64,000 bases of DNA from an uncultured Saprospiraceae bacterium (GTDB taxonomy: Bacteria > Bacteroidota > Bacteroidia > Chitinophagales > Saprospiraceae). This document shows, piece after piece, positions 30,203 through 40,722 of this stretch. Location: NCBI GenBank assembly GCA_964396595.1, contig CAYNFR010000011.1, positions 22,848-86,847 on the forward strand, written 5' to 3'. Under the pieces are notes generated by a model. The model had not been told where the DNA came from. It worked only from the letters and a program-made list of their open reading frames with translations, and searched no databases. Position 1 is the stretch's first letter. Each line of letters starts with the position of its first letter. The position numbers and the translations under genes are program-made.

Positions 30203-32110
30203 ATGTTAACAGCTCAGAATATACTCGTACAATACGGTGACAGAATACTATTAGATAATGTCACTCTAGTCGTCAAACCCCTTGATAAACTTGGACTTGT
30301 CGGACGTAATGGTGCCGGCAAATCTACTTTGCTAAAAATTCTAGCAGGCGAAAACACAGCTCTCAAAGGGGATGTAAGCAAGCCCGGCGGAACAACCCTG
30401 GCCTTCTTACACCAGGACATTAGCCTGCCGCAAGAGAAAACAGTCATTGATGAGACTATGGTTGCACTTGAAGAGCTAGTCAAGGTAAATCAACAATTAG
30501 ATGCCATTAACATAGAGCTAACACAACGAGATGACTACGAGTCAGACAGCTATATGGATCTGCTAGAAAACTTATCAAGCCTCACAGAACGATTTAGCAT
30601 ACTAGGTGGAGATAAAGCAGAAGGTGAGGCCGTCAGAGTACTCATGGGGCTGGGATTTAACGCATCAGATATGAATCGGCCCGTAGCCGAGTTTAGCGGT
30701 GGCTGGCAGATGCGCATCGTCCTTGCCAAAATGCTTCTCCAAAAACCTAATTATCTCCTGCTGGACGAGCCGACTAACCACCTAGATATCGAATCTATCA
30801 TGTGGCTGGAGAATTTTCTAAAAAATTATCCCGGCGCTGTAATCATTGTCTCACACGACCAGACATTTCTCGATAATGTGACAAACCGCACCGTAGAGAT
30901 TACCCTCGGTACCCTACATGACTATCAGGCTAATTATAGCCGCTATCTCGAACTCCGCGTCGATAGAAAAGAAAAACTCGAATCAGCATATCGCAATCAA
31001 CAAAAAATCCTGGCTGACAAAGAGCGCACCATCGAAAGGTTCATGGCCAAGGCCTCCAAAACCAAGATGGCACAATCCATGAAAAAACAACTCGACAAGG
31101 TTGAGCGTATTGAAATCGAAGAAGAAGATGTTGCTACCATGAACATCCGATTCCCTCCTGCCCCGCGATCCGGCGATATTGTTGTTGACGCGGTCAACGT
31201 ATCTAAATCCTATGATGATCTACATGTCTTAAATAATATTGATTTCAGGCTAGAGAGAGGAGATAGGCTGGCTTTTGTCGGCCAGAACGGCCAAGGAAAA
31301 ACTACTTTCGCAAAAATACTCGTTGACAAACTCAAAGCATCTTCCGGAGATGTTAAACCGGGATATAATGTCTCTATCGGATATTATGCACAAAACCAAG
31401 CCGAAGCACTCACTCGTGATCAGACTTTGATACAGACTATGGAGGAACATTCTCCGCCGGAGATGAGACCCAGATTGCGATCGATACTGGGTGCTTTTAT
31501 GTTTAGTGGCAATGATCACGATAAGAAAGTATCGGTACTCAGTGGAGGAGAGCGGGCGCGTCTAGCATTGGCTTGCCTCTTACTGCAACCCTTCAATTTA
31601 CTCGTGCTTGACGAACCGACGAATCACCTTGATATGCTATCCAAAGAAGTTCTCAAGCATGCCATAATGCAGTATGATGGTACACTTCTAGTCGTATCTC
31701 ACGACAGACATTTTCTAGCCGGTATGACAGACAAGACAATAGAATTCCGTGATAAGAAAATCTTCGAATATCTCGGCGATGTAGATTACTTCTTACAAAA
31801 ACGAAATCTAGAGGACATGCGGCAAGCCGAAATAAACAAAGCCGCCAAAGTAGAAGCACGACCCAAAGAAAAAGAACAAACCCTAGTTAACAATAACAAT
31901 GCTAAGCTTGTATCTGAAAAAGAAATCAAATCAATCGAATCCAAAATCGAACAAGTAGAGGCACAGATCAAAAAGCTAGAGTCAACGATGGGACAAGATG
32001 GCTTTTACAACCTCTCTACAGCACAAAAAACCATAGAAGAACATCAAGCGCTTCACAAAAAATTGAAAGAACTAACAGCACAGTGGGAGGAGATGCTTGA
32101 AGCTTTGTAG
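30203..32110 (+). CDS. ABC-F family ATPase (Uup/YheS-like), with two ABC domains and a C-terminal coiled coil
   Basis: Two Walker A motifs (GRNGAGKST, GQNGQGKTT), two signature motifs (SGGWQMRIVLAKML, SGGERARLALACLL), and no TM domain. The C-terminus is a K/E-rich coiled coil. Confidence 0.85.
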   Translation: MLTAQNILVQYGDRILLDNVTLVVKPLDKLGLVGRNGAGKSTLLKILAGENTALKGDVSKPGGTTLAFLHQDISLPQEKTVIDETMVALEELVKVNQQLDAINIELTQRDDYESDSYMDLLENLSSLTERFSILGGDKAEGEAVRVLMGLGFNASDMNRPVAEFSGGWQMRIVLAKMLLQKPNYLLLDEPTNHLDIESIMWLENFLKNYPGAVIIVSHDQTFLDNVTNRTVEITLGTLHDYQANYSRYLELRVDRKEKLESAYRNQQKILADKERTIERFMAKASKTKMAQSMKKQLDKVERIEIEEEDVATMNIRFPPAPRSGDIVVDAVNVSKSYDDLHVLNNIDFRLERGDRLAFVGQNGQGKTTFAKILVDKLKASSGDVKPGYNVSIGYYAQNQAEALTRDQTLIQTMEEHSPPEMRPRLRSILGAFMFSGNDHDKKVSVLSGGERARLALACLLLQPFNLLVLDEPTNHLDMLSKEVLKHAIMQYDGTLLVVSHDRHFLAGMTDKTIEFRDKKIFEYLGDVDYFLQKRNLEDMRQAEINKAAKVEARPKEKEQTLVNNNNAKLVSEKEIKSIESKIEQVEAQIKKLESTMGQDGFYNLSTAQKTIEEHQALHKKLKELTAQWEEMLEAL

Positions 32111-32265
32111 GACGTCAATTAATAATGTTATTCCATTTCCACAGACTAACTACTATTGCCGAAATTACACGCTAGAATACGTCTATTCCCCTCAAAAACA
32201 ACTATTCACTGTAACGTATAACGACCCATAATTGACATATACTATTCTAATGTAAATTTTCACTT

Positions 32266-32306
32266 CATAAAAAAGGGGATGCTGCACTGGCATCCCCTTT
32301 TTTTGT
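32266..32306. terminator. Bidirectional rho-independent terminator between the convergent ABC-F and hpf genes
   Basis: aaaaaaa-ggggatgc-tgcactg-gcatcccc-ttttttt. There is an A-run on one side and a T-run on the other. Confidence 0.65.
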
Positions 32307-32602
32307 TAAGCTCTCGCGTAATGCTTAGACTTATATTTTTCCATTTGGGGTCTTATTTTGTCGACAGCATTGTCAAGTGCGATATCGTGACGCTGACCAG
32401 TCGCCTCGGCATAAACGTCCTTACCTTTTAGTCGAACATGCAGCTTAACCTTTTTGTAACTGTGGTTCTTGCCTCTGAAATAAACCCTTGCGGACTCAAT
32501 GAATGGGTAACTGTCAAAATACTTTTCTAACGATTCATGGGCATAACTTTCGAAAAAATTAATACCTCCCTCATTTTTGCCTCTTTCAATTCTAATGTCC
32601 AT
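32306..32602 (-). CDS. hpf: Ribosome hibernation promoting factor (HPF/RaiA, short form)
   Basis: MDIRIERGKN...VKLHVRLKGKDVYAEATGQRHDIALDNAVDKIRPQMEKYKSK matches the HPF pattern. I chose the start at the second Met (32602). The ORF-track Met at 32644 adds a non-conserved leader. Confidence 0.8.
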   Translation of the reverse strand: MDIRIERGKNEGGINFFESYAHESLEKYFDSYPFIESARVYFRGKNHSYKKVKLHVRLKGKDVYAEATGQRHDIALDNAVDKIRPQMEKYKSKHYARA

Positions 32603-32809
32603 AACGTAAAATTTAGTCAGATAATAAGATTTCAAACAACTCAATACGAATAATTCTCTATGTCAAATCTCCGATAGATCATTGATCTATTTATCATGAA
32701 TCCGACAAATAATTTTCGTACCGTTCAAGCTACAAGTTACGCAAAATGATCACCTTTAGCAAAAGATTTAAGCTATAATTTTTCATCATATTAATAAATA
32801 TTATCACTC

Positions 32810-33970
32810 TTGATCAGGAAAACAACTACGACTCTGGCCATCCTGCTTGGTTTCGGAATAATTGGGCTTTTCTTCATAGCTGGCAAGATCGCCGACCAGC
32901 AAATGAATGTTCTTGAGCGGGTTGAATGGGAACCACTTGATGATGCTACCCTTAGATTCCACAAATCGCTTATTATTGCCGATTGGCATGCAGATAATCT
33001 CCTTTGGGACAGAAATCCGTTGACCCGACTAGATCATGGTCATATAGATATCCCCCGATTAATCGAGGGAAATATCAGTTTGCAGGTCTTTGACGCTGTC
33101 ACTAAAACACCTCGAGGGCTCAATCATCATCGTAATAAGGATAACACAGATAATATTACCTTCCTTGCGATAGCCAATCGATGGCCTATAAATACTTGGT
33201 CTAGTCTGCTTCAACGAGCATTATACCAAAGTAAAAAACTACATCATGCAGCCGAGAAGAGCGAGGGGCGATTAAAAATCATCAAATCAAGCGACGAATT
33301 ACGCTCTTTTCTCACCGATCGTGCCACCAACAAAAATCAAGTAGGCGGAATTCTGGCATTGGAAGGTCTTCATACTCTTGAAGGCAGCCTCGAAAATCTC
33401 GACAAGCTACATGACGCTGGATTTAGAATAATGGGTTTGACACACTTTTTTGATAACGAAATAGGTGGTTCCTCTGCCGGTGTAGATCAATATGGCCTGA
33501 GTCCATTTGGCTCAAGTGTCATAAAAAAAATGAACGAGCAGTCCATTATTATTGACTTAGCACATGCTTCACCAGAATTAATAGATGACGTCCTTTCTCT
33601 TAGTACACGTCCTGTGGTCGTCACACACACCGGGGTGAGGGGCACATATGACTCACCTCGCAATCTCTCCGATGATCACATAATCAAGATTAGCGCCACA
33701 GGTGGTGTCATCGGAATCGGCTTCTGGGACGAGGCAGTAGGCAGCAGCGATTTAAAATCTATCGCTCGTGCCATGCGTTATGTTAGTGATCTTGTAGGCG
33801 TAGAGCATGTGTGTCTTGGATCAGACTGGGACGGAGCCACATCTATTCGAATCGGCGCCAATGACATCACGCAGTTGACCCATACCCTATTACAAGAGGG
33901 GTTTACAGAAGGAGAAATACGACAGATAATGGGCGAAAATCAGATTCGTTTTCTTTTAGAAAATCTCTGA
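32810..33970 (+). CDS. Membrane dipeptidase (peptidase family M19)
   Basis: IADWHADNLLW (DxHxD metal site), EGLHTLEG, GLTHFFDN, DLAHASPE...VVVTHTG, GSDWDG. N-terminal TM anchor. Confidence 0.7.
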   Translation: MIRKTTTTLAILLGFGIIGLFFIAGKIADQQMNVLERVEWEPLDDATLRFHKSLIIADWHADNLLWDRNPLTRLDHGHIDIPRLIEGNISLQVFDAVTKTPRGLNHHRNKDNTDNITFLAIANRWPINTWSSLLQRALYQSKKLHHAAEKSEGRLKIIKSSDELRSFLTDRATNKNQVGGILALEGLHTLEGSLENLDKLHDAGFRIMGLTHFFDNEIGGSSAGVDQYGLSPFGSSVIKKMNEQSIIIDLAHASPELIDDVLSLSTRPVVVTHTGVRGTYDSPRNLSDDHIIKISATGGVIGIGFWDEAVGSSDLKSIARAMRYVSDLVGVEHVCLGSDWDGATSIRIGANDITQLTHTLLQEGFTEGEIRQIMGENQIRFLLENL

Positions 33971-33988
33971 CGTCACATTTTCTTAGGC

Positions 33989-35398
33989 TCATTTACGCGT
34001 TTCAGGCTCGTTATTCTTGTCGCCTTTCTTGATCTCAGTGCCGAGATAACCAGGAAGATCCATACCCGCCATATTAAACAAATCATTCAGTGGCGGAACA
34101 GATTTGTATAGACCGGAGACAAACTTAGCCGTACTATTGCTGCCGTCAGCTGATTCTGAACCGTTTTCCCAGACTGTTATCTTGTCGATCTTAATGTTCT
34201 TTATTGCCTCAACTTGTGTCTTCACTAGTTCAGGCAACTTGTCTGCTATTAACATCAATACTGCTTCTCGTGGGTTACCATTCGTCGCTTTTACGATCTG
34301 ATCAAAACCATCTGCTTGTTTCTTGAGTAATTCATAGAGACCGTCAGCGTGAGCTTTTTGTCTAAGGAATATAGCTTCCGCTTCTCCCTTGGCGATTCTG
34401 CGAATCTGTTCAGCCTGTGCCTCAGCTTCCAACTCAATTCTTTTCTTATTGATTTCAGCTTGAACGATAATGTCTGCTTCTTGTGTAGCCCTTTCTCTAT
34501 CCGCCCTTGCCAATTCGGCAGCTTTTTCGGCAGCAAAGGCATCTTGGAGCGCGTTCGCCTTTTGAATTTTTTCGGTAGCCACCGCATTGCGCTCAGCTTC
34601 GGCTTCTCGTTGACGTCTGATAGCTTCAGACTCAGCTATTTGAATACGCGCTAGGTTTTCGCCTTCCACAGTTTTAGCGCGAGCATTTGCTTCTCCAACA
34701 GATGCCATAGCATCTGCATTGGACACATTTATACGCTGATCCTTCACAGCCTCGGCTTGTCCAATAGCTCCATCGCGATCTTTTTCTGCTACACTTTTAC
34801 GGGCATCATTTATCGCCTTGGCTGCGGCCTCTTTACCCAATGCCTCAATATACCCGGACTCATCCTGGATATCTGTAACATTAACATTGATCAATGTGAG
34901 ACCTATTTTCTTAAGCTCTCCGAGTACGTTATGTGCTACATTCGCAAGAAACTTATCTCTGTCTGAGTTAATCTCTTCGATATCCATAGTCGCAACGACT
35001 AGTCGAAGCTGTCCGAAAATAATATCTTTTGCTATTTCTCTGATCTCGTCAATAGGTTTGCCCAATAATCGCTCAGCAGCATTGATCATGACACCGGGTT
35101 CATTTGAAATAGCCACAGTAAATCTTGAAGGTACGCTTACGCGAATATTCTGCTTACTTAGTGCCCCTCTGAGATCAACATCAATAGAGATAGGTGATAG
35201 GTCGAGATATTCATAGCTCTGAATTATCGGCCAGACAAATGCAGCACCACCGGCAACACATTTAGCTGAGCCCTGACCAGTCTTACCATAAATGACTAAT
35301 ATTTTGTCCGAAGGACAACGCTTATAACGCGTCAATACCAAAATTAACGCTGAAAGGAAAATGAAAAAGAATATGGCAATAAACACCAGTTGTAACAT
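33989..35398 (-). CDS. Flotillin-family SPFH/band-7 protein (YqiK-like)
   Basis: N-terminal TM, SPFH domain, then a long EA-rich coiled coil (AEAQAEQIRRIAKGEAEAI...). Confidence 0.8.
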   Translation of the reverse strand: MLQLVFIAIFFFIFLSALILVLTRYKRCPSDKILVIYGKTGQGSAKCVAGGAAFVWPIIQSYEYLDLSPISIDVDLRGALSKQNIRVSVPSRFTVAISNEPGVMINAAERLLGKPIDEIREIAKDIIFGQLRLVVATMDIEEINSDRDKFLANVAHNVLGELKKIGLTLINVNVTDIQDESGYIEALGKEAAAKAINDARKSVAEKDRDGAIGQAEAVKDQRINVSNADAMASVGEANARAKTVEGENLARIQIAESEAIRRQREAEAERNAVATEKIQKANALQDAFAAEKAAELARADRERATQEADIIVQAEINKKRIELEAEAQAEQIRRIAKGEAEAIFLRQKAHADGLYELLKKQADGFDQIVKATNGNPREAVLMLIADKLPELVKTQVEAIKNIKIDKITVWENGSESADGSNSTAKFVSGLYKSVPPLNDLFNMAGMDLPGYLGTEIKKGDKNNEPETRK

Positions 35399-35400
35399 AG

Positions 35401-35985
35401 CTATGAATTTAAGGATTCGTTATTTCTTAATACCAACATTATATTATCGTCCATTACATCTACGACGACTACCAGAGTACCTGTGGATAAATCCGTTGGC
35501 TCGTCTGTTATCGCAGAAAATTGCATGGTCTTATTGGCTACTTTTAGTAAAATTTCGCCTTGGGAAGCTCGATTCGCCAAGATTGGGATATATACTTCAC
35601 CGATACATCCGAGCGCCTGATCCATTCGGATTGTTCCAGACTCTTGTAATTTTAGTACTTGACTGAAAGTATAGGCTATACCCACCATAGCCAGAAAGCC
35701 GGCCAAGAAAGCCACCATGAGGGCTTTTTGTGGTGAAAAATTTTGGCTCAATGCCGCGACTCCACCCCATCCAAAGAAAACCGTAAACCCTAATATTGAA
35801 CGAATGCTAAAAAGAGAAAAACCTTCAAGTGCCTCCGTCGGATCAGCCTCTATACTTGACTCTATACCCACAAAAGTCATAATGACTTGAATCACAAAAA
35901 ACAACGTACTTACGAGCGCTATTCCCCAGTAAATCTTCTCGGGTGTCCCCAATGCTCCCCACCAATCAGCTATGATCAAGTACAT
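35401..35985 (-). CDS. NfeD/YqiJ-like membrane protein, the partner of flotillin
   Basis: Several TM helices plus a C-terminal OB-fold-like segment (GEVYIPILANRASQGEILLKVANKTMQFSAITDEP...GTLVVVVDV). It lies immediately upstream of the flotillin gene with a 2-nt gap. Confidence 0.55.
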   Translation of the reverse strand: MYLIIADWWGALGTPEKIYWGIALVSTLFFVIQVIMTFVGIESSIEADPTEALEGFSLFSIRSILGFTVFFGWGGVAALSQNFSPQKALMVAFLAGFLAMVGIAYTFSQVLKLQESGTIRMDQALGCIGEVYIPILANRASQGEILLKVANKTMQFSAITDEPTDLSTGTLVVVVDVMDDNIMLVLRNNESLNS

Positions 35986-36165
35986 CTTATATAATTATAA
36001 TGTCCTAAGTAAATCTTTTTATCTGAAGACATCAAGGTATTATAGACTAATTTAATTGATCAATCGACAAAAAGAGGATCGGAAATACAAATTTGCCGTC
36101 AGTCTATAAACAAAAAAACCCACCCGACGTCCATCGGGTGGGAAAACTCAAATAAAAGCCCTCTA

Positions 36166-39100
36166 TTAATTAACTCTGAGCATCTTCTGTCTCAATACAT
36201 CAGAACCAATTTCTATTTCAACAAAATACATTCCATTCTGACGAATATCATTTCCTTCAATTCTTATTTCATTGACACCTGTGTTGAATATTTGCTCTCT
36301 AGACATGATCACTCGGTTATGAACATCATAGACTTTGACAAATCCTCTTGCCACCTTAGGTGTTTGTAACTTAAATATGGTAAAGTCACTCCATGGATTA
36401 GGACTGTTCTGACTCAAGCTCAATAACTCAGTATCTCCTGTAGATTGATTCAATTGGAGTGCTTGAACTTCAAGTGAAGACGTAACGATCTCTGATCTTA
36501 TTCCACTAGTATACATGTTCATCAAAGCCACATCTACAAGCTTGTTAACTACAATATCAAATAGCGCCTCACCTGCCTCTACATCTATGGCTTGATCACT
36601 ATACCATACGATTGAGAGTACTCTTGATTCTTCATTCCAGAAGTAGTTGTCACTTGTGATCTTCATGGATCTAGAGCGAACTTCCATGACATCTCCATCA
36701 ATATTCTTGAGGTCTAAGCTGATCTGAACACCTCTGTAGCTTCCATCATTAATGGATCTGAAAGCGACACCTGTAGGTACACTTGACACCTCCAGAGAGG
36801 TAATCGTCTGTGACCTACCTTGAGCCAATGCGCTATTACCTCTAGCATCTCCCGACACATCACCTACCTTGACGCCTATGAAGTCAATTGACATATGAGA
36901 TTTTAACTCTTGAATCATGTATGATTCCTTAAGTTCTTCTTCATTTTCAACAGCATCGAGAATATCCTGCTCACTCCAGAAGAAGCGCCAGCTTTCATTA
37001 TTTGTGAATGTAGCTTTCTTACCTAGTAACACAGAACGCAGTTCAAGTAAGTCAAGGGCCGTTATTTTGCCATCGTTGTTAATATCCGCTGCAATCAAGG
37101 CATATACTGATGGAAGGTCTTGTAAACCTATAACATGCTTCTGAATCATAATCAAATCCAGCGTAGACACACCATTGAGAATATCGTCATTTTTGCTTGG
37201 TTTCAAAAGATACTCACCACCCATCGGCATTTCGCCAAATGCATACTTCCCATCGAGATTTGTTTTAGTCATAACTGATTCATCTGCTTTCATGTCCTTG
37301 AGGTGAACTTCAACATTGTCCATCTTGACGCCATTTGCAGTAATCGTGTTTCCATCGATTATTGCCGAGGCAGATCGCGCACTGATGACAATTACCTGGG
37401 TAACTGAACCCGAATTACCGCATACATCAGTAGATGTCCAATTCAATCGATAAGTACCAACACTTAGATCCGTTACGAAACTAACAGTCCCGGAGGTGTT
37501 AGGCTTCAAAGAATCTTGCGCAATGATCGCATTACTACTGTTACGAAGAACATAAGACCATTGGATAGCTTGGCCTGCAACACAGTCCGTAGCTGAATTG
37601 CGGAATAATACACGAGCGACGCCACTTACAGCGACTGTAGCTCTGATCGTATCTCTTTCAATGATATTCGGTGGTGTATTATCACTCACCAGAATTAGCT
37701 GTTTTCTAGTAATGACATTTTCTGCCCTCGGATCTCTACACCAATCCAATACACTCCATGTTCTCTCGATCTTCATACAATAATCCGGGCTAGGATTATT
37801 TGCTACGAAGTAGCGATCAGAATATGATAATCCGAATTGAGAACAGCCTATCTCGACAATTCTTGGTTCACCTGTATTGGCAGGAAGTATGCTATTATTG
37901 GATGTGCACACTTCAATCAAAGTATCAGGTGGGAAAAATGCGAAGTCGAATGGCGCATTTTGTTCATCACCGGTTATTCTGATATGCTGTGTTAAATTTT
38001 GTGTGATTCCACTGGCATCTCTGATGACAAATCTTCTGATGATCTCTCCTGTACCACATCTTGTATCGCGCGTAATCTCTACTGGCAACTCCGTTATTCT
38101 CAGACCACAGTTGTCAAAGAAAGTTCCATCCACCAATGGACCGGTGCTACTCTTCACAAATTGAGCTGGTATTGGCAGTGGTTGCTCCATCCCCGCAGGA
38201 CTAAACCAACCGAAAACAGTAGAATCCACAAAAGTGAAATCACAACTAATCTCTAGATCAGGTAGCCCCGTAACTGTGGCAGGAGTTTTATCCGTTACAT
38301 TTACCATCACCATACAGATACTCATGTTACCGGATTCATCATAGAATTTCAATATCACCGGTACTTCTTCGCCTCCATCAGCACAACAGAAAACCACATA
38401 GTCAGAACATATATCATCCAGACGGATATAGGTTCGTCCTCCTCTAGTGTACGCATACTTTGAGAAATCTCTACCGCAAGCGACTTGGGCTTGGAAAGGC
38501 GCAAAAAGAATTTCTCCATCACCGTCAGTGTCGAGGCTTTCGAACAGCAACTGGTCATCCATTCTAACAGCGCATCGGCGTGTGATTCCACAAGCATCAT
38601 AACTGGTCTCATCCATTCTATCTACAGGCACTCTGATAATTGTGTCCGTAATGGTGACAACATAATTTCTCAAACAGATAGCAACCGGTGGCGTATTATC
38701 AATAACATTAATGATCATGCTATCTACCGACCTGTTACCACAAATATCCTCTGCACGGAAATAAACCACATTGCGCCCTAGCGGAATCCTTACTCTACCA
38801 CCATTCTGATTAAACGTACCTCCGGCATAAGAAGTCGTCACGAAGATTAAAGAGTCGGGCTGACAGTTATCCGTGATGACAGCCGGAATCAGATCAAACT
38901 CTGCAAAGCAATCTATTTGATTGATGCTTCTCGTGATCTCTCGAGCAGGAATTCTGATAGAAGGTGCATCATTATCTACAAGAGATATTACTTGCGTGAA
39001 AGAATACGTCGCAAATCCGCCACTACACTTCCACTCCTCTATTATCCAACGACGCAAGAAGATCATATCGCATGGATTGGCTCTGTTAAGTGGCGTATCC

Positions 39101-40248
39101 TCAAATTTAGTGAAGAACATGCAAGCAAGATTGTTAAGTGTTAACATATCTACTCCGTCCCATCTAGGTACACCACTAACCGAGGTACTTAGACTTCCAT
39201 CAGGATTGAATATATTATCGCTACATGAGAATGTTAGCGCCTGCTGTGGCCATACTATATTCCCTTCGTCTAGTTGTTTCTGAATATCCGGCTCGCGTAT
39301 ATAAACTTCTTGAGTACAAGTATCAGAGAAGTTACCGAATTGATCTCTGATTCTGTATTTCGTCTCTATCTTGGCAACAAAACCAGGCTTCTTGCCACAT
39401 AATTCAGTGCGATTAGATTCTCCAGCAATAATCTCAGGATTAGAACATACCGCCACAATTTCCGGATCCTGAATCACGAATCTTTGGAACTGAGCGCAAG
39501 TAAGCGTATCTGCAATGCACACGATATCAGGTGTCAGTTTGTACTCTACATTCAGATATCCCCAGCATGGCGGCAGATGATGACATCCCTCAATACTGAT
39601 TATATATTTATATGTCTTTCCGATCATCTCACCAGTGAAAACAAAGTCTTCTATCTCACGGTCGAGAAGATCAGTAATCGTAATGCTATACCATTCCTCA
39701 GGATAGTAAAGCGTATCTAATAACATTTTTGGTGTAAGACTCAACAAACAGTTCTGATCAATACTGACATTTACTGTGCCAATACACACCAGCGGTCGCG
39801 TACAGAATCTAGCATCTCCATCAATATTCAGTGGACCGACAGGGCCACCAGGCAAAGCACTTCCGCTAGCTGAGAAGGTATTATGTATAAATGGCTTGCC
39901 GACATCATCTGCGCTAAGTATATAGCAACCGCTACCGGTTAACATGTTGCCGCTAGAAGAGGCGGAACCGTAAATAACTGACCCACTCAAAGAAATGAGT
40001 ACATCCGGATCAATGACAATACCGATATTATAGATGTCATCATTGGTGGTATTTGTTATCTTAAATTCATAACAAATAGAGTCCCCTTCCATCAATGGAA
40101 CTTGAGGCTTGCTGACAATCGTAGACTCGATAATTAATGGCGATTGCGCTGAGAGAGGTGTTGAACCCATTAACAGCAGCATAAAGAACATACCTGTAAG
40201 GTAAAAATTATGCGCTTGCGCATAAAACTGTAGTGTAAGCTTTCTCAT
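36166..40248 (-). CDS. Very large (1360 aa) T9SS C-terminal-sorted multi-domain surface protein/adhesin
   Basis: Signal peptide, HYR-like and Ig-like repeats, a CarboxypepD_reg-like segment (NLDGKYAFGEMPMGGEY), a dockerin/EF-hand-like loop (DINNDGKITALDLLELRSVLLGK), and a C-terminal T9SS sorting domain (NPWSDFTIF...GMYFVEIEI...). Confidence 0.75.
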   Translation of the reverse strand: MRKLTLQFYAQAHNFYLTGMFFMLLLMGSTPLSAQSPLIIESTIVSKPQVPLMEGDSICYEFKITNTTNDDIYNIGIVIDPDVLISLSGSVIYGSASSSGNMLTGSGCYILSADDVGKPFIHNTFSASGSALPGGPVGPLNIDGDARFCTRPLVCIGTVNVSIDQNCLLSLTPKMLLDTLYYPEEWYSITITDLLDREIEDFVFTGEMIGKTYKYIISIEGCHHLPPCWGYLNVEYKLTPDIVCIADTLTCAQFQRFVIQDPEIVAVCSNPEIIAGESNRTELCGKKPGFVAKIETKYRIRDQFGNFSDTCTQEVYIREPDIQKQLDEGNIVWPQQALTFSCSDNIFNPDGSLSTSVSGVPRWDGVDMLTLNNLACMFFTKFEDTPLNRANPCDMIFLRRWIIEEWKCSGGFATYSFTQVISLVDNDAPSIRIPAREITRSINQIDCFAEFDLIPAVITDNCQPDSLIFVTTSYAGGTFNQNGGRVRIPLGRNVVYFRAEDICGNRSVDSMIINVIDNTPPVAICLRNYVVTITDTIIRVPVDRMDETSYDACGITRRCAVRMDDQLLFESLDTDGDGEILFAPFQAQVACGRDFSKYAYTRGGRTYIRLDDICSDYVVFCCADGGEEVPVILKFYDESGNMSICMVMVNVTDKTPATVTGLPDLEISCDFTFVDSTVFGWFSPAGMEQPLPIPAQFVKSSTGPLVDGTFFDNCGLRITELPVEITRDTRCGTGEIIRRFVIRDASGITQNLTQHIRITGDEQNAPFDFAFFPPDTLIEVCTSNNSILPANTGEPRIVEIGCSQFGLSYSDRYFVANNPSPDYCMKIERTWSVLDWCRDPRAENVITRKQLILVSDNTPPNIIERDTIRATVAVSGVARVLFRNSATDCVAGQAIQWSYVLRNSSNAIIAQDSLKPNTSGTVSFVTDLSVGTYRLNWTSTDVCGNSGSVTQVIVISARSASAIIDGNTITANGVKMDNVEVHLKDMKADESVMTKTNLDGKYAFGEMPMGGEYLLKPSKNDDILNGVSTLDLIMIQKHVIGLQDLPSVYALIAADINNDGKITALDLLELRSVLLGKKATFTNNESWRFFWSEQDILDAVENEEELKESYMIQELKSHMSIDFIGVKVGDVSGDARGNSALAQGRSQTITSLEVSSVPTGVAFRSINDGSYRGVQISLDLKNIDGDVMEVRSRSMKITSDNYFWNEESRVLSIVWYSDQAIDVEAGEALFDIVVNKLVDVALMNMYTSGIRSEIVTSSLEVQALQLNQSTGDTELLSLSQNSPNPWSDFTIFKLQTPKVARGFVKVYDVHNRVIMSREQIFNTGVNEIRIEGNDIRQNGMYFVEIEIGSDVLRQKMLRVN

Positions 40249-40722
40249 TTCTTAAGACCTTGTCGTTAACATTCGCCACTCCTCGTGGCGTTTATTTGAG
40301 TTTGTAGTTTCCGTAGTGGTAAAGGCTACGCCTTTAGTAGTTTTCTAGTCATTTATACAGCTCTATTCATCACACATGATGCGCGAATATCAATGCACAT
40401 TTAACTTAATTAGGTCTATTTCTCTCGAATGGATAGCGCAAAGATAATAGAGCTGTTCATATTAAAAAAATTATTAATATTTTTTTTTGCTGATATGATG
40501 AAATTGTCTTCATATTAAATATTTCATATATATATAACTATGATTATTAGACGTTTTTGAGATTCCCTGCATCGACAAAAAATAGGCTTTTGACGACCAA
40601 CGTCATATTAGATCTCGTCGATGCGCGTGTTGAACTCTTCCAGAGTAATACTTCATACATAGAATAAAGGATTTTTAAGCTAATTGCTTTTATATCTTTG
40701 CGGGCACAAGTAAGATTCCGCT

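Noticed and set aside
34104-35216. Plus-strand ORFs antisense to the flotillin gene
   Set aside because: The flotillin coiled-coil region encodes runs of A/E/K/R, which give long open antisense frames. They have no motif support.
36917-39720. Multiple small plus-strand ORFs inside the giant adhesin gene
   Set aside because: They are shadow ORFs within a 4-kb continuous minus-strand CDS that has clear domain content.
36166-40248. Possibility that the 1360-aa protein is a polymorphic toxin (Rhs/YD or CDI-like)
   Set aside because: There are no YD/Rhs repeats, no DUF4157/PAAR/VENN-like junction and no downstream immunity-like small gene. The domain content fits a T9SS adhesin.
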